A DNA stretch of 64,000 nucleotides, from positions 1-64,000 of the forward strand of contig JAQGDQ010000305.1 of NCBI GenBank assembly GCA_030141605.1. Reading direction: 5' to 3'. This DNA is from Tubiluchus corallicola (lineage: Eukaryota > Animalia > Priapulida). The stretch's first letter is position 1, and the number at the start of each line of letters is the position of its first letter. Shown here piece by piece: positions 27,101 to 42,100 of the stretch. A program made the translations under genes and the position numbers. The notes beneath the pieces were generated by a model. That model was given only the letters and a program-made list of their open reading frames with translations. It had not been told where the DNA came from and did not search any database.

Positions 27101-30100
27101 AATACAGCTTGGTCAAAATAGTTTGCGCGTTCGCATCACTGAGACTATGTTGTGATATTTGCGTGTTGGAACTTAATTATAATGCAGCTTTTGCTTTTGT
27201 TGTTTGTACATTATAACTCAAGGATGCCCATTGTCTATAGGTGATTATACTTACTTGTGTATATATAATTACAGTAATTATCAGTCAATATTGTAGGTCA
27301 TATTTTGCGTTTTAAACTTGGATCCGATTCGGGCGGTAATAGTATTCCATCGCTTTTTGCACCATTTATTTCAATCCCGCGAGGCGCAGTTAGTTTCCGC
27401 AATACACTAACTTGCTAATCATTGAAACCTTGACAGCAAAAAGTTGTAGGCTTAATGGTTTATGATTTTGACATTGTCTTTGTTTCGCATGAAGGTTTTG
27501 TTTTTGTGTTCGCTTATGATCAATTTGTCGTTACCGCGTTCGGACAGCTTCCTCAAGGAAGACACCATGAAACGAACATCATCCTTCAATAAAGATGAAA
27601 ACACAGCAGACTTGAATATTTTTCTCAGAGGATTCTAAAATATAAAAAAATCAAATAGGCCTTGTATGAAGCAGTGTCTTACATTTTTACAGACACATGG
27701 ATTGGCACTATAAGCTGATATCCAGCTTTTAAGGGCTAGTACTAATGTAGATTGCTTGCGATGGACCGAAATGCTGCACATTATGAAAGACTGTTCTTTT
27801 AGATGAGGCACTGAACCAGCAGAGTATCTTGGTCAAGTTCCGATCTATATACATAGCAAGGTATCGTATGCGGGAAAGCATGCGAAAGTGAGAAAGAATG
27901 GCAGATGAGACTACCCAGAAATATCTTTGCTAGAGGTCACTTTCAGCCATGCATCTACTGTCCGGGCTTGAAGTTGCTTAACTGCGATCGCTAAGCACTC
28001 ATTTATTCACTTTACTTTTTCGTTAGCAGTGTGATTCATTTTTCGATCAAAGCAGTATTTTAAGATGTCATTTTAGAGGCAAGTAGGAGTCTTAAAAATT
28101 ATTAGACATTGCATTATTTTGCTTAATCACTCGGTTAACATATTTTATTTGTCTGTATGCATAGTTTTTCAATTAACTGGTTATACTACCTCGTGCATTC
28201 ATGAGAACAACTTGTGTCCACTTTACCCGGGCAATGAAGAAGCAGTCGTCGGTTATGCGCCCTGCAATTAGTTCAGGTAGAGCAGTCATTAACATGCATA
28301 GGCATGTACCTTGCTTGTTACCTGGGAAGAGTATAGGCCATGCGTTTGTGTGAAATTCACCTGCTGATATCTCATAGCAGTTGTGGGTAGTTTTCTTGAG
28401 TTTACTTATTTTTTCAACGATACGTTAATCCTTTAAACACGTGATTATCATAGTGGATTACCACGGGATTAAGCAAAGGTATGTGGAAGCACTTAGTCTA
28501 ACTGAAAAAGAGTTATAGAAGCGTTTTCAAAAATGGGGCACTTAAATGTGTCCTAGGGCCTAGTGTTTTGTGTGCCGCATTTTGTGATCACTGAACAATT
28601 AAATTAACTGATTACACTAACGCCTCTAGAATCAAAGAGGCATTTTAAAGATCTCTATATGTATACAATAGTGGAAACAACTACTTTATTTATTTAAAAA
28701 ATCGTTAAACACTGTTGGAAAGGTCAACTAAAATGCGTTAAATTGCGTATGAACGTTTAATATGTCTATAACTGTACCTATTAATGGATCCTTTGTAATA
28801 ACTTTTTGTTACGCTTTTCTATTCTTCTGTTAAAATAAATGCTTTTCGTTTGAAAGCTCGTATTACGTTTTGTAACGTTTAGTTTTTTCTTCGCAGCGAC
28901 AGTTGCAAGACAAAAAAAATGATAGTTTCAACATCCAGCAACTTCCCCATGTGTTTGCACTATGCTACGTCGCGAAATATTAGTCGCGTTTCTTTATAAT
29001 TATCAACATTTAACAATGTCATGCAGTGTTGTATAGGTATAACACTTGCCAGCATTGATGCTAACAATGGTGATGACGACGGCGACGATGATGATAAAGA
29101 TGATAATGATAATAAAAAATAATGAGTTCTCAACATTTTAATTCGATACACATATACGTAATTAAGAAACCATGAAATTCTCTTTTTTAGTTGTTTAGAG
29201 TTTGACTAAGTAAAAATCTAAATCCAAATCGTAATTTTCGTTAACAAACAGTACGTTCATTTTTTGTTTGTCTTGATGCTTTTGCAGCAGAAAGCGTGAA
29301 GAACTTATATTCTGTTACTGCGTTTCACAAATTTTTTGGCTCCCACTGAACTTTTATCTTACGAGGCTCAAAGAATGTTGTTTCTGCATCACCTCTCTAA
29401 CGTGATGTAGAATTTTTCTCTCAGATAACGTTAAAGCATGTTATCTTACTAAATAATGCATCATGTATGTTGACCTTGCCAAACTGGAAGGCCCACCTGG
29501 TCTAGTATTTAAGTTTGGGACTAGACTCCTGTTGAAACTTGAAAACTTGCTATATTCAACCTGCTATTACAGTAAACGGTCTTTGATTTGATATCGGTAA
29601 CACCTTTTATTAGTACGTTCACTTAATTAGATGTCCATCAGTTAAGTGTACTTTACAGGTTTCTCATTGTGCAAACCAGTTAAATTCTGACAAACGTAAA
29701 CATTTGCAGGTCCTATTCTTGCTAGTTGTAAAGTATTAAGTAGACATTAGCGCAATCTGCGACTGTGCTCATCGTATTCTTGAAGTGTCTGCGCGCGCAT
29801 GTAATACTGATAGCGCTATTTTTTATATTTTTCATGAATTAAAAAGCGCATCAGTTATTACAAAATAAATTAAATTTGATTGCGTGCAAAACAGAAAATC
29901 CGAATGAGATCTTCAATCTAAACAATTAAACTGGATGAATTCAAGTAAATTTTTTTTTACAATTTTACTTGAATGTCTTGATCTGTCAGGATTAATTTCT
30001 TCATCTACAAAATAAGTAAGAAAGATTTTAGTGGACTTCACCAGATGTCAAATGTTGCCAAAAAACTTGCAAAGAGATTAAGAAACGAAAAATCCAAAGT

Positions 30101-33100
30101 TGGCAGATGTCAAACAGATACAAATGCTGCACTCACTTGTGTATTTCAAAATATTGATGTCGCAATTAACACTTTGAAATGCTGACAAATATAAAATAAG
30201 GCATTTTACTGACAAAATGTACCTACATTGAGGTCTGTCACCTACGTGTACGCATTTTTTTTCATACCATCAGTAAGAATTTTCCTAATAATCAAAATAA
30301 TACTGCTCATCTTCCCAAGTCATTAAAATGGATGGCCTAATCTTGTATTAAGATTAGTGTAATTAACTAATTGAAAATACTCTACATTTTAAGTTGTGTG
30401 AGTGCATGCACTGCGCGAGGATCTGTATATATTTGGCGGCATTATATATATATATCCCCTTCCTATTATTAATAATCTTAGTTTAAAAAAGTGAAGGAAA
30501 CAGGGAAAGATTGAGATTGAGCAAGGATTTGATTTAATAGTTTTTGATAGAAGTCACAGCCACTAGACTAGTCACTAGACCGTTAAAACCTTTTAAAGGA
30601 AAATTAATGCAAGCGTTAATTCTTGCTCGGCTTAATTATTTTTAACAAAGGCACATAGAGTCTATATCTGAGTAGCGTTTGGACGTAATCATTGTGAAAA
30701 GATAAAGAAGAAAGATACCACACCATTCATGTTCGTTGAATTAGTAGACGCTACCCTCGGTGAAATTTTTATCGTTTGTTATGATTTAGTTTTGTGATTA
30801 TCTTACAGATGCCAAGTGCAGAAAAGATGCCAGAATCGCCTTCTATTGAAGACAGATTGAAATCATTATTTGCACAACAAGAGCACAACAGTCATTCAGA
30901 AAAACAGGTAGAGTTAAACCTACTTGAATTTTCTATTATAGCTTAGATGGTTCTTATACATATATAATTATGGTTGAGCAGTAATTGCCTTTTCTTCTAC
31001 GTAGTTGTATTATTTTTCCATTTGTGAGAATCATTTGCCTGTGGTCATTCTGTTGTTGTTTGTCATCCTTGTCGCTGCTGCTGTTGTTGTTGATGCTGAT
31101 GGTGATAATGGTGATGAAAATGACGTATATGATGGCGATGAAGATGAATTTCCGCGTGTCCTGATTTTGAGTGTTGTAGGTACCTATAAAGTGGCTGAAT
31201 TGATGCAATGCTATAATTGTTTATAAAATGCACTGTTGTAAATGTTTTGTAACTATCATGGTACTATAGTATGGTGTAATTTATACTGATTTAAAATAAA
31301 TATAAAAAATAATAAATGATATGTCAGTGTCGTTTTGTCTTATCTAAGTTGTCAACACTTTTTGTTTGTCTACAATTTTTTCAATTTTAAGCTTCTGTTG
31401 ATAACATTAAGTGCCCCTGTTTCTGTTTGTTTCATATCGGTGAAGACGTAAAACATCGTTGCTGCAGTGTCCTTCCTTTATTGAGCTTGTGTTGATAGCT
31501 CGGTTTTGTCAAATGCTACATGTTTCTGCTTGTCAATAAACCTGGCCGAATTACAGTAATTTCGTTTTATTGCCCACCCTAATCTCTTCTCCAGTGGTGA
31601 GTTTGGACGGCAGAGTAAACACGTAGGTAGAGTAAACCATTGCTGAAATTTGTTAACGAAGCGGCAACAGATAAAATTGCACATGTCGGCGACTGCCATT
31701 ATTGAGACCATTTATTTTCATATTTTGCTCTAGATCTTCCTAGATGTAGAACGGCTTTTTATAAATCCAGTTTATTGCATTATTCCCTGTTGAATTCTTT
31801 ACCAGAAAATTACTTACGCTTGAATCTTAACAGCTTTAACATTAACAGGCATTCCTTTCACTTTATGTTCGGACTTCTATTGTATTAATTTTTCTCGTTT
31901 TTCTGTACCCCTTTACCTTGTGTGCTCACTAGCACCTGTTAGGGATAGTTTGTGTAAAAATAGAACACATACCTAAGCTTCTTTTGCTAGTTGTAGGTTT
32001 TATAAGGATGCTTCAATATTTTTTATATGCTACAGTACTACAAATACAAATACAAACTAATGGCTTAGACTTGTTGGTTTCATTCTGGAAATCATGTGAT
32101 TCCACAATAGGTAGCCGCGTTTAGGAGAAACTCGATAATAACAGTATATAGGCGAGTGCATAGCTAAGTGGCCAGGGTGTGCTTGACTACAAAGTTAAGA
32201 AACACTGAGCTTGACTTGCAATGTATAGAAGGCCGCCAAGAAGACAGCTTGGAAGTGCATTTATAAGCAGTACTGTTGTAGGTTGATTCCTTTGACGACG
32301 GAAGACGTAAGCGTGCGAGGTATCACGGCTCATTTCCTCGTGTTAATGTAGTGAGCTAAGTTCTAGTCCTGTAGGCCCTGTTGTTGAATGCTTAATCCCG
32401 ATGAGTACAGAAGTTTTAACTATTCGTACATAGACGCCAGTAATTTGTTATTTTGTGTCAGGTGTGTTAAAAATCACAATCGGTTTTTTCAAGGACCGGC
32501 TTGCAAGGTCGCTTTAATTCTTCACTATTCCTTCATGTACTTTGACTATAATAACGCGTTTTTTTATTATCGCAAAAATGATAATGATAGAATAATGATA
32601 GTGATTTAAAAAAGATTACACATTTATCTAGAACCGTGCTCAACCTGTTCTTGAATTGGACGCCAAAGCATCCGATTTTTGTTCAATTGTAATACTTACT
32701 TAGGCTATTATTAAGTTATTACTTGCCAATTTTTATCAAATTCTTTTCGTTTTAACAGGGTGTTATGGTGTAAGTTACACAATTTTTTCTGAACACTCTC
32801 AGTCCAACAATTTCCTTCCTGCTGCTGTTACACTGTGCCTGGATCTTCTGTACTTTCTGGTTTTAAGCGATTGAGTAAAATTAAATTGAAATAAAATTAA
32901 ATTGAAAAATATCAACGTTCCGTTGGTTGTATTACTGTTACATAGCTTTATGCAATCGGTGGTAGAGTTCGACAAACATTTGTTAGGGCGCTGCTACAAG
33001 ACAAACTATTATAAAATAAACAATAATCACATAAATTTGTTAGAACTGCTCTTTAATTTTATAGCAACATAAATAATTGTCAAAATAATTATCAAAACAT

Positions 33101-36100
33101 GGCACCACTGCTACATTGTTACATTAACGCTAATTTTAAAAATGTTACAAAACAAACTTTAAACCTACATTTCAACTGTAGGCCTATACATATGTTTGCA
33201 GTCATGCAAATTGATTCTATGCAAAAGATTTCAGCTGGGAGTTCAACAAAGCAGAGCTGAACCAGTATAACGTTCCTCTGAAGAAACCGACCTATTGTTG
33301 AGTCTTTAGCTGTGTAAATATACTGTATTTTTTAAATGATATAAGTTGAAAACTTTGTGTTCAGACGCCTCTGTAATCCTTATTCGTGAACTCGTATTAT
33401 TGAATTATGTCGGTTAGTAGTTTTTAGGTTTTTTGACTTTTCTAAATTTGTTCCCTTTAAACCTTAGGGAGTTACCATATTTGACTAGTAATAATTTTTC
33501 GTTCCGACAAAGGGCTTTTTGTGTGATAAGCTAAGTGGGGTTGTGTGATTAATTAACATCCCATCTCATGTTAATTAACGTAAGTGCAGGTCATTATCAT
33601 TTAAACAACTCATTAACGCATGCCGAGGTAAATTTCCGAAGGCGTAACAGGGAGGGGGAGGTGTGAAAAATTTACTTATAACTAATTGTACAGGAATAAG
33701 TAAAAGTGTGTGACAATTAAAGAATATGTTAATATTCCTGACGAAAATGGAAAACGTTGCTTGTATACATTGAATGGGTACAGTAAGGGGGAGGCGTTAG
33801 ACAACACCCAGGTTGTTGGACGATGGGTTCGCCCTTTTGGTACTTTGTATAAATATTGTGCCAAGAACTTTCGCTTACGTTTAATCAACATTCACTTTCG
33901 ACTCCCGGAAAGTGTCTTACAAAGTTCTCTTGTGAGAAACAAGCAGTTAGAAAGGTGTGATAACCTCTGAATAAGTGGAGCTTGTGTGATAAATGAATTT
34001 CTAGGCATGCTCATTACAATTAAATTAAGTAAGCAGACCGCTGGCTTAAAAAATTATAAAGCATTTTCCTATTTAGACATTTACTCAGATCCCGGGCCAA
34101 CTTGAGTTTTGGATCTAAAAACTTTTAGACATGATTTTTATTAAATAGTCCCAATTTGCACGATACCCATGCATAGTTCATAGAAATTGGATGACTATGA
34201 CAAGCATACGATTTATCGATTTGCCTGCAAGTTGCAGAACAATAGTTGGCGGCATGCCAGTGCCTGTTAGTAAAATAAGCTTTTTAAAGCAAGAAAGAAA
34301 ATGGAGAACGTGATAAGTGAACAAAAGTTTTATTAATCTCTTCTTTGTGTACAATTTTCAGTCGACCAAGATGGCGGTTTAAAAAACATCGTGGTAAAAA
34401 TGACACTTTTATTATTAAGCATAATCATTTCATTTACAAAAGTCTTATGTCTCTTGATCTGCGATTTTTTATTCGAATTGTATCTACGCGTCATCAAGTT
34501 GGAAAAAGCTCTTGGTCATAACTCTGCTTTGGTTGTTTTAGGTGCAGGAAAAGCCGAAAGCAAAGACTACTATGTCAATGGGACCGCCTAAACCTCCGAG
34601 ATCTCCAAGTCTTAACCATACGAGTAATACGGCCGAAGACTTGGCAGATTCTGTGCCAAAAACAAGTTACAAAGTGAGTAAAAAGTACATTAACCAGGCA
34701 AAAAATCAGCTTTTTTTATAATAAAAATAGATGTACATAAACAGGAGAAAGTGTTAAAAAGTTTCTTTCATTTCTTGTACAACGTGGTAGTCCGCACCGT
34801 AACTGAACCATTATAACAACAACAAACAATAACAATAACAATGGCAACTCTAGCTGCAAATTCTAGCAAGAGCAATGAAAAGAACAACGTTAAAACAGTA
34901 ATTATTATGGCAACGGCAACAATATAAGTCAACGGAGACTTTTTAGGCTTAAATGAACTTTTAGGTTTTAGGCTACACTCTCATTTCAAATATTTGGAAA
35001 AGTTTTCTGGTATTATTCATTCAATGCCTTTTTGCAAAATTTCAATTTTTAAATCATAAATCGTTCTCGAAAGTCCTTATAATTCAAATTCAAAAATAAA
35101 ATGTAGGCTTTGTTTACATTCCTTGTACAATTTTCAAAAGTTATGTAACTTTGTAATTTTAATTTACGTAATTTATGTAAAATTGAACTGAAAACACGTT
35201 CTAGTGAAGCAGCACACGTGACGTGCTGAAAGCTCGCTTTTCACTATTTTTGAGTGACACGTGATCAGCGCATTTTGCAAACAAACATGTTAAATTTGCT
35301 TTGCTACACTGTGGAATTCAACTTTCTGTCTTAGTTCAGTTGTCCATACATGTAAATAAATAATTAATAATTATAGAACTTCCAGTCAAAACCAGAAACA
35401 GATTTTGTTTGACTTGTGCATTGCTGCATGGTCATAGGTTCATACTCTTTGTCAGGTTTTTGTTACATTGTGCGTTAAAGTCCTACTATATTGCGTATGT
35501 TATAACTCGTAAGTCGTTTAGAGTTTATTTGCCTGTTTATTTAGGGCATTAGAAGCTGTTTCTAAAGCAAAGGAATGTTAGAAACGTCACGGTTTCCCTG
35601 AAATGACCTGACGCCGTGTATATTACTTATTTTTATGCTTTCAAAATTTTGTGATTCAAGCGATTTAGAATGTCTTGTGAAACGATGCTTTTGCTAAATT
35701 TTTAAGTTTCGCTTTTACATTTGCGCTGTCACTTGCCTTGCGCCACACCAAAGCGTTTACAATACCGCTCTGCTAAAATTGTTACTGAATTTATAAGAGC
35801 TCATGGTTTTATAAGTAGAATTTCTAAAATGTCATTATGTTAACTTTAATAATGTTTGTCATGTTTTCCAAAGACGGTGCCTCTATATTAAATATGTGTG
35901 CAATTTGGTATGAACAACAAGCATTGTGTTCCATCTATAAGTTAGGAAAACCATTAACTACGCCGAATGAAGCTTTCCCAGAATTACAAAATGTCTAAAT
36001 TTTGCTTTCTGTCTTTGCAGTTCGGCTAACTAACTTCTGTTTCATTTTTTTGGAGCAAAGCGAGCAAAGTTTTGACTTACTCTCACCATGGCGACTATAA

Positions 36101-39100
36101 CAAAGGTCAGCAAAACGTGCTATGCTTGATAAGGTTTATTTAGCCGAAAGCAACTGGCTTGGTAATGTCTTAAAACACAACGTGGACACACGTGCATCTT
36201 ACATGTTACCGAATTTCGAGGTTGGATTGTACCTATTTATAGTGCTCAGGACAACAGATGAGCAAACTTTATGGCACGTCAAACGTGCAACTTTGACCAT
36301 GTTGTGTTTCAATTTTCATCCCTACGTAATAAAAAGGTTTAAGTTTATTTTGGAATTTATGGTGGTTTTAAACATTACTATTAACAGAGGTCATGGCATT
36401 TAGCATTGTTGATCACCATACATTTGTACAAAGTTCATACCTATTCGCAATCCAATATCTCGTTTAATCTACAGCCAAATATAAAACAAATATAAATTGA
36501 AATTAAGTCTTTTGGGATTTTGCGCTCTTCCTAAGCTTCCTAAGCTGTTCCCAAGCTTCTTGTCTAATAACCATCAATGTATCACCCACCAGAAGGCGTC
36601 AAAGTGGAAAACATGATTATTGAAAAGATTAAAAAGTCGAATAAATCGCATATACGTAGTAATTCTAAAACGTTTTATTCATGAATTCTTCAGTAAAGTG
36701 ACTTGTGGGAATATGTATCATAGTGGATTCTTTCTTTTTACAAGTAAAATCTTTTTACTTTAGCATTAAGCTTTACTATGTTTACTCACTCAGTCTCACA
36801 GTACTGTTGACATGTTCTTCATACGTTCTGTATGTTTTCAGCCTTCCCAGCATGCTCAGAAAGCTCAGGGACCCAGAGGTGAACGGTTGATGAATGGGCC
36901 TACAACAAAAATGACCTACGCACAGAATGACAATTACTTGTACGATCTCGATATCTGCACTTGTGGGTTGGCTCAAAATCATGAGTAAGTTGCGACTTAT
37001 CTTAAATTTCAACAGATCTTATCACATATATGATGTATTTATCGTCGGATTTATTTCATTTTGAGTACTATTTTAATAGAAATCGCTTACTATAAAGAAA
37101 GTATGCCGCCCACTCAAGTTCTGCTGTCTTTCCACGGTTTGTGATGTCTTCGTTTAATTTTTCTGATGAATGATAACAGAATGATTCAAATTGCACAGGA
37201 TCCAGACCTGGCCGAGTCAGTTTTGTTCACACTGGGATCAGACCACACTATCGAGAATTAACACTGCGGAAGCAAACTCTTCCGTGTTAGCGCAAATTAA
37301 TTCTTACTGACAAGAATACTGATAAATGAATTAAAAGATCCCAAAACTAAAAAATAAGGAAAAAGAAGAAAGAAAAGACACATTTTAGAGTATCACTGAA
37401 GTGATAAGCTTTATGTGAGAGATAAAGGTAAATAAATCACACTGAATTGCTAATGCTAATTTTTTGGAGACGTTTTTATATAAATAACACATGAAATTAT
37501 CACGTTAAAAGGGATACAAAAAATACAGAAAGCACAGTAAATAGAAAGCACAATGGAGAAACAGAGAAGTATAAACAGTGACAGTGCTACAGTCACAGCA
37601 AAGGCGCAAAATAAACTAACGAATTCACTCTTCTGAACACATTTCACAGAAAGTTAAAACAACGGCATGTGATTAGCTCTCTGGCGTGGCTAGGAATACA
37701 TATTTCAAATCTTTGTGCTCTCCTTCTTAAAAATATTTTGGGCTTTAAGTGAATCATATTTATTGTCTGTTCACAAAAGCTACAATGAAGAAGCAATAGT
37801 TAAAACTGACAGACCTGTAATATCACTGTTAGCTCCTTATAGCTTGATAAACCTGCAAATGGGGGGGGGGGGTCACATAAAATTAACGAGTTTTCACCTT
37901 TCATTAACGGTTACAAGTAGTAGCCAGTGTTAGTAATTGTGAGTTGCACGGTAGCTCCATCTTTTGTCAGGTAATCTAAAACATTCTTCAGTTACTTTTG
38001 GAGGACCATAGGCGCAACAACAACTGTTGCTAAACAAAATTTGTAATGATCTATCACTATTATGAGGTATAACCAACACATTTTATTTCTGCTTATTGTT
38101 CTTCTTTTCAATTGATAGATAGAATGTATCGTTTTTTATTAAGTAATAAATCATTTGTGTGGACAAGTTTATTTATTCTAAAGAGCAGTTCGTATCAATG
38201 TACCAATTCTTAAAGAAAGAAGATCGAGCAAGTTCGAGTAAGTGCCCAAACCATAATATCACTGAGAGACGAGTCAGTTTAACATTAATTTGGTATAGCT
38301 CTAACCTTGGTTGCGGTTTCAACAGCTGTCCCATTCATTCCGAAAGTACTGAACAGTGAACAATACACGAAGTGTGAGAATTTTATGAAACTGTAAGCGC
38401 CAAACTCTGCGACCATGAAGCAGGGAGGGTGTATGCCAGTGCAGTAACTACATATATAGCCAGTTAGTTAGAAAATCCCACAAAAAAGAATAAAAACACA
38501 ACGTTTTGGTGCATCAAATTTAGATGAAAGAAAAAAAGAAATAGCTTAAAAATCACTAAACAACACCAATAGACCACCTAGAGCGAAACTGTCGGTATTA
38601 CTCATGCTCTCCTGCTAGGCATATTCATCTTTGACTATCACCATTCTAATCAATTAAAAAATTGACAAAATAAAATTTGTGTAATATGTTTTATGATTCT
38701 CTTTTTCTATGATTCATATTTTGTGCTCTTTGATATAATAGGGCAATGAATGATCTGGTGTTTTCGCTGTACGTATTTTATTTATTGTGTAATTTTTGTC
38801 AACTGCTCCAAATCTTGACAATAAGAACGATTTCTGGAACCGTTTGTTATGCATTCACACAGTGCGCTCAAAAATCAGAAATGTCTGTTAATCAAAATTG
38901 TGTCACTATGATTAGCCCTTGTTCAGCTGCCTTGTGCGACATACATTTGAGCAATTTTCGGCGAAAATTTTCTTGGTGAAAGAAAAATGTCAACCAATGT
39001 AACGAAATTATGATACTATAAGTATAAAATATATAACAAATTTACCACTTGAAAGTAATCAGAGGCCTTTGTAGTGCGTATTGTTCTGCTTCCGCGTGAC

Positions 39101-42100
39101 ATATGCTTTAAATTTGTTTGCAGGTCTCTGGTTCAACTCTCTGTCCGGAATTACATAATTTTACTTTCAGTAAGAAATTTTTACGACTTGTATTGCAGTA
39201 CGTAATGGTGCGTGCGCGTTGTATTGTACAATCAGCGTTTTTGTCTGCATACAATTCTCACTTATGCAATTATAAACACTAAAGCTGAAAAATAACATGT
39301 TAGATCAATTCAAATTTCAATATCGACGTAGCTAAAAAATAAGCCTATTTTTAATTTATTAAATTGGTTCAAAATACCTGTAAGAATTCAAAATGCTATG
39401 GAAATTAACCTGTCCAACCTAACCTGTAAGTTTGCGACTTTGCAATGAATAAAACGCATGTATAAATTTCTTTGGTCTACGTCAGGCCAGATCTTTAAAG
39501 GGTCGTCAGGCAGGTAATGCTTCAATTTTTGTCTGTAGAAGTCGTTACATTACGCACAGTGCAGTATTACTAGCACTGATTACAACGCTGGTATTGCCAT
39601 CTACTGTAATTGTAACTAAACTAACTGAAGCTAATGCTCTTTTAAAAAATGAAATGCAACAGTTGATGGGTTATGGGCTAAAAATTTACAGCATACCTTT
39701 CAAATACATTAACATATTATTATTCTGATTAATAAACTTTGTAAAGATTAAAACTAATTTATTTAATTTTCATGTTTCAAGGATTCATTGTTACCTTGCC
39801 CTGGAAACGCCCGTCCTCCAGTCCCTCACCTTTCACCTGCACGCAGCACATTAATCAGCTGGTCCAAACTTCCTGACAGAATTGCTACCTGTGAATAAGC
39901 GGAGTCGATTCGTCAAACTTTTAAATACTAGTTTAGTCAAATAACGTTGTTCCACTGGTCTTGTTTTTAGAGCTTTTTAAAACGTTCTTATCTTGTAAGG
40001 AATGTGTGTTCAGCGTTCACTGCTTGCTTGAGGTAGCCGCGAGTACTTAACAGTGGAAAGCAAGCTATTTCCGTGTTAAAGCTTGTCTCGGTAATATTAT
40101 TAGTGGCAGAAAGGCTATTGTGATGGAGTAGTGATAGCATGTCTGAATGGATAACGTCGTCTTGGTGTTCTGGATGTGGTACGTTGTTGATCAATCATTG
40201 GTCACTAACATTTACAATGATTAGCCGTTTTGCTGCTATTACGACTATACACGTTTTTACAAAATGAACTGAGTGAATTTTTAAATCCGTTCATGCAATA
40301 ATTAAAGAGGCAACAGCTATTATAAGGTTCCTTTGTATTGCTTACAGGTTGCTCTGTAATTTTAGCAAATTTATTTTAAATGTACACAGAAGCTAGAATG
40401 TATATAAATTGCGTAAAATGATTTAGGTAATGCACAAGAATCTTTACCTAATTCAATGTCCAAGAACTTCAAAGTTTCAAAATGGTTTAGCGGTATGATG
40501 GTGTTTCTGATATAGTGACATTCAGAATATTGTCTATAGAAACTGTAATTTAAAATACTCCGTCGTTATAGTTTTGTCACAAGATTAAGATGAAAAACGC
40601 AGGTCAAAAATGGAAAAGCTAGTAAAAATGAATTTAAATTTACATTACAGACTTAAAGTCAAAATTGACCCCTCCCCTACCTTAATAGTTAGTAACACAC
40701 CTTTTCTTCTGTACGGTCAGTGTGACACCTCCAATTCACAACAGCCCCCTACTACTCCTACTATACCACATCACGGGTTATAAACTTACAATACAGATAC
40801 TGAAGCGGCTAGTCATCCCTTTCCACGAACACGGCCTGTCTTTAGTTAAAACACTGTTATGGTTTTTAGGTGTTGCATACTGTAGCTGCCTAGAAGTTTT
40901 GAAACGCTAATGTGTACTAAAATAGAAGAGTTTAAAAGTCTGATTTGTCAAACTAGTTAAGGAAAAGGTTATCAACAATTATTGTTTTTTATCTTCATAG
41001 TCTAGTAATCCAAACACTAACTGTTGCCATTATATTAGTGATCATAAAGTAGCTCACTCTTACTCTTTTAAGTAAAATTTTTACAACATCGAAGTATTTC
41101 ATAATTGTAGTTAATTAAAGTAATAAACTAATAACAGAAATTAATTCCGTAATTTTACAGCTAGTAATAAATCATCGCTTTATGCCATTTTGTGACCTTA
41201 ATAAAATTAAAACTTTGTTCACGTTATTCAACTACGGCAACTATGGTCTGCATCTCGTCCGACGAACAAGTTTCAACTTTAAGGGCTTTGTATACTGTGA
41301 CAAGCAAAATGGGTCGCCTAGAAAAAACGTTTGGTCAAACTAACTGTTAGCCTTCATACATGACAATCCGCTGCGAATTCACAGATAATCAACAACAACA
41401 GCAACAGTAGTAACAACCACAACAACAGCAGCAGTTGCTGCAGCAAAGAACAACGTCATCATCATCATCTAAAAGAGTAACGCCTCTCGGCCGAAAACAT
41501 CCTAGAGGAGTTTGCTGGAGGTGGAGGTATTTATCTCTTTGGAAAGGGGAGCTAAATCATTATATGGATCCCTCTGACAATTAAACGTCTCTGCCAGCAT
41601 GAAAGGTTACCAGTTAGGTGGGAGGAACTATTTCTTTCTGCACGACTATGTACTTTAATGCACGTCTATTTTGTATTTCATTCTTGCAGCTGTATTCTAC
41701 AAAAGAAGTGCTGGCCCAGCTAGTACTGTACCAATGCAGTACAGCCTCTGGCTAAACGAGTTTTCCTTTAGTAAATGTAGTAAATGAATTGACTTCAAAA
41801 GTTTAAACTACGTTAAACGATGGAGCCGCTACAAGAGCCATAAAAGCATTCGAACTTCGAACCCTGATGGCAACAGTAAGTTTGCATGTCTTTTAATCAA
41901 CACAATGAGTTGGCTCCAGGAACTATCCTATCACTATAACTGCGTATTACTAAAAGCAATTAAGTAAACAACTTAACAGTCTCACCACAAAATAAGCGAC
42001 ATTTCGTAAGTTCTTTTGAAGATTTGCGCATACCTAACTTGGGAGTAGCAAAGTACTGTTATATATATACAAAACGGGAAATATGGCAGGACCAACTCAA

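Noticed and set aside
27567-27638. 23-aa ORF with good Kozak ending in FLRGF
   Set aside because: No signal peptide, amidation Gly or splice link; likely chance.
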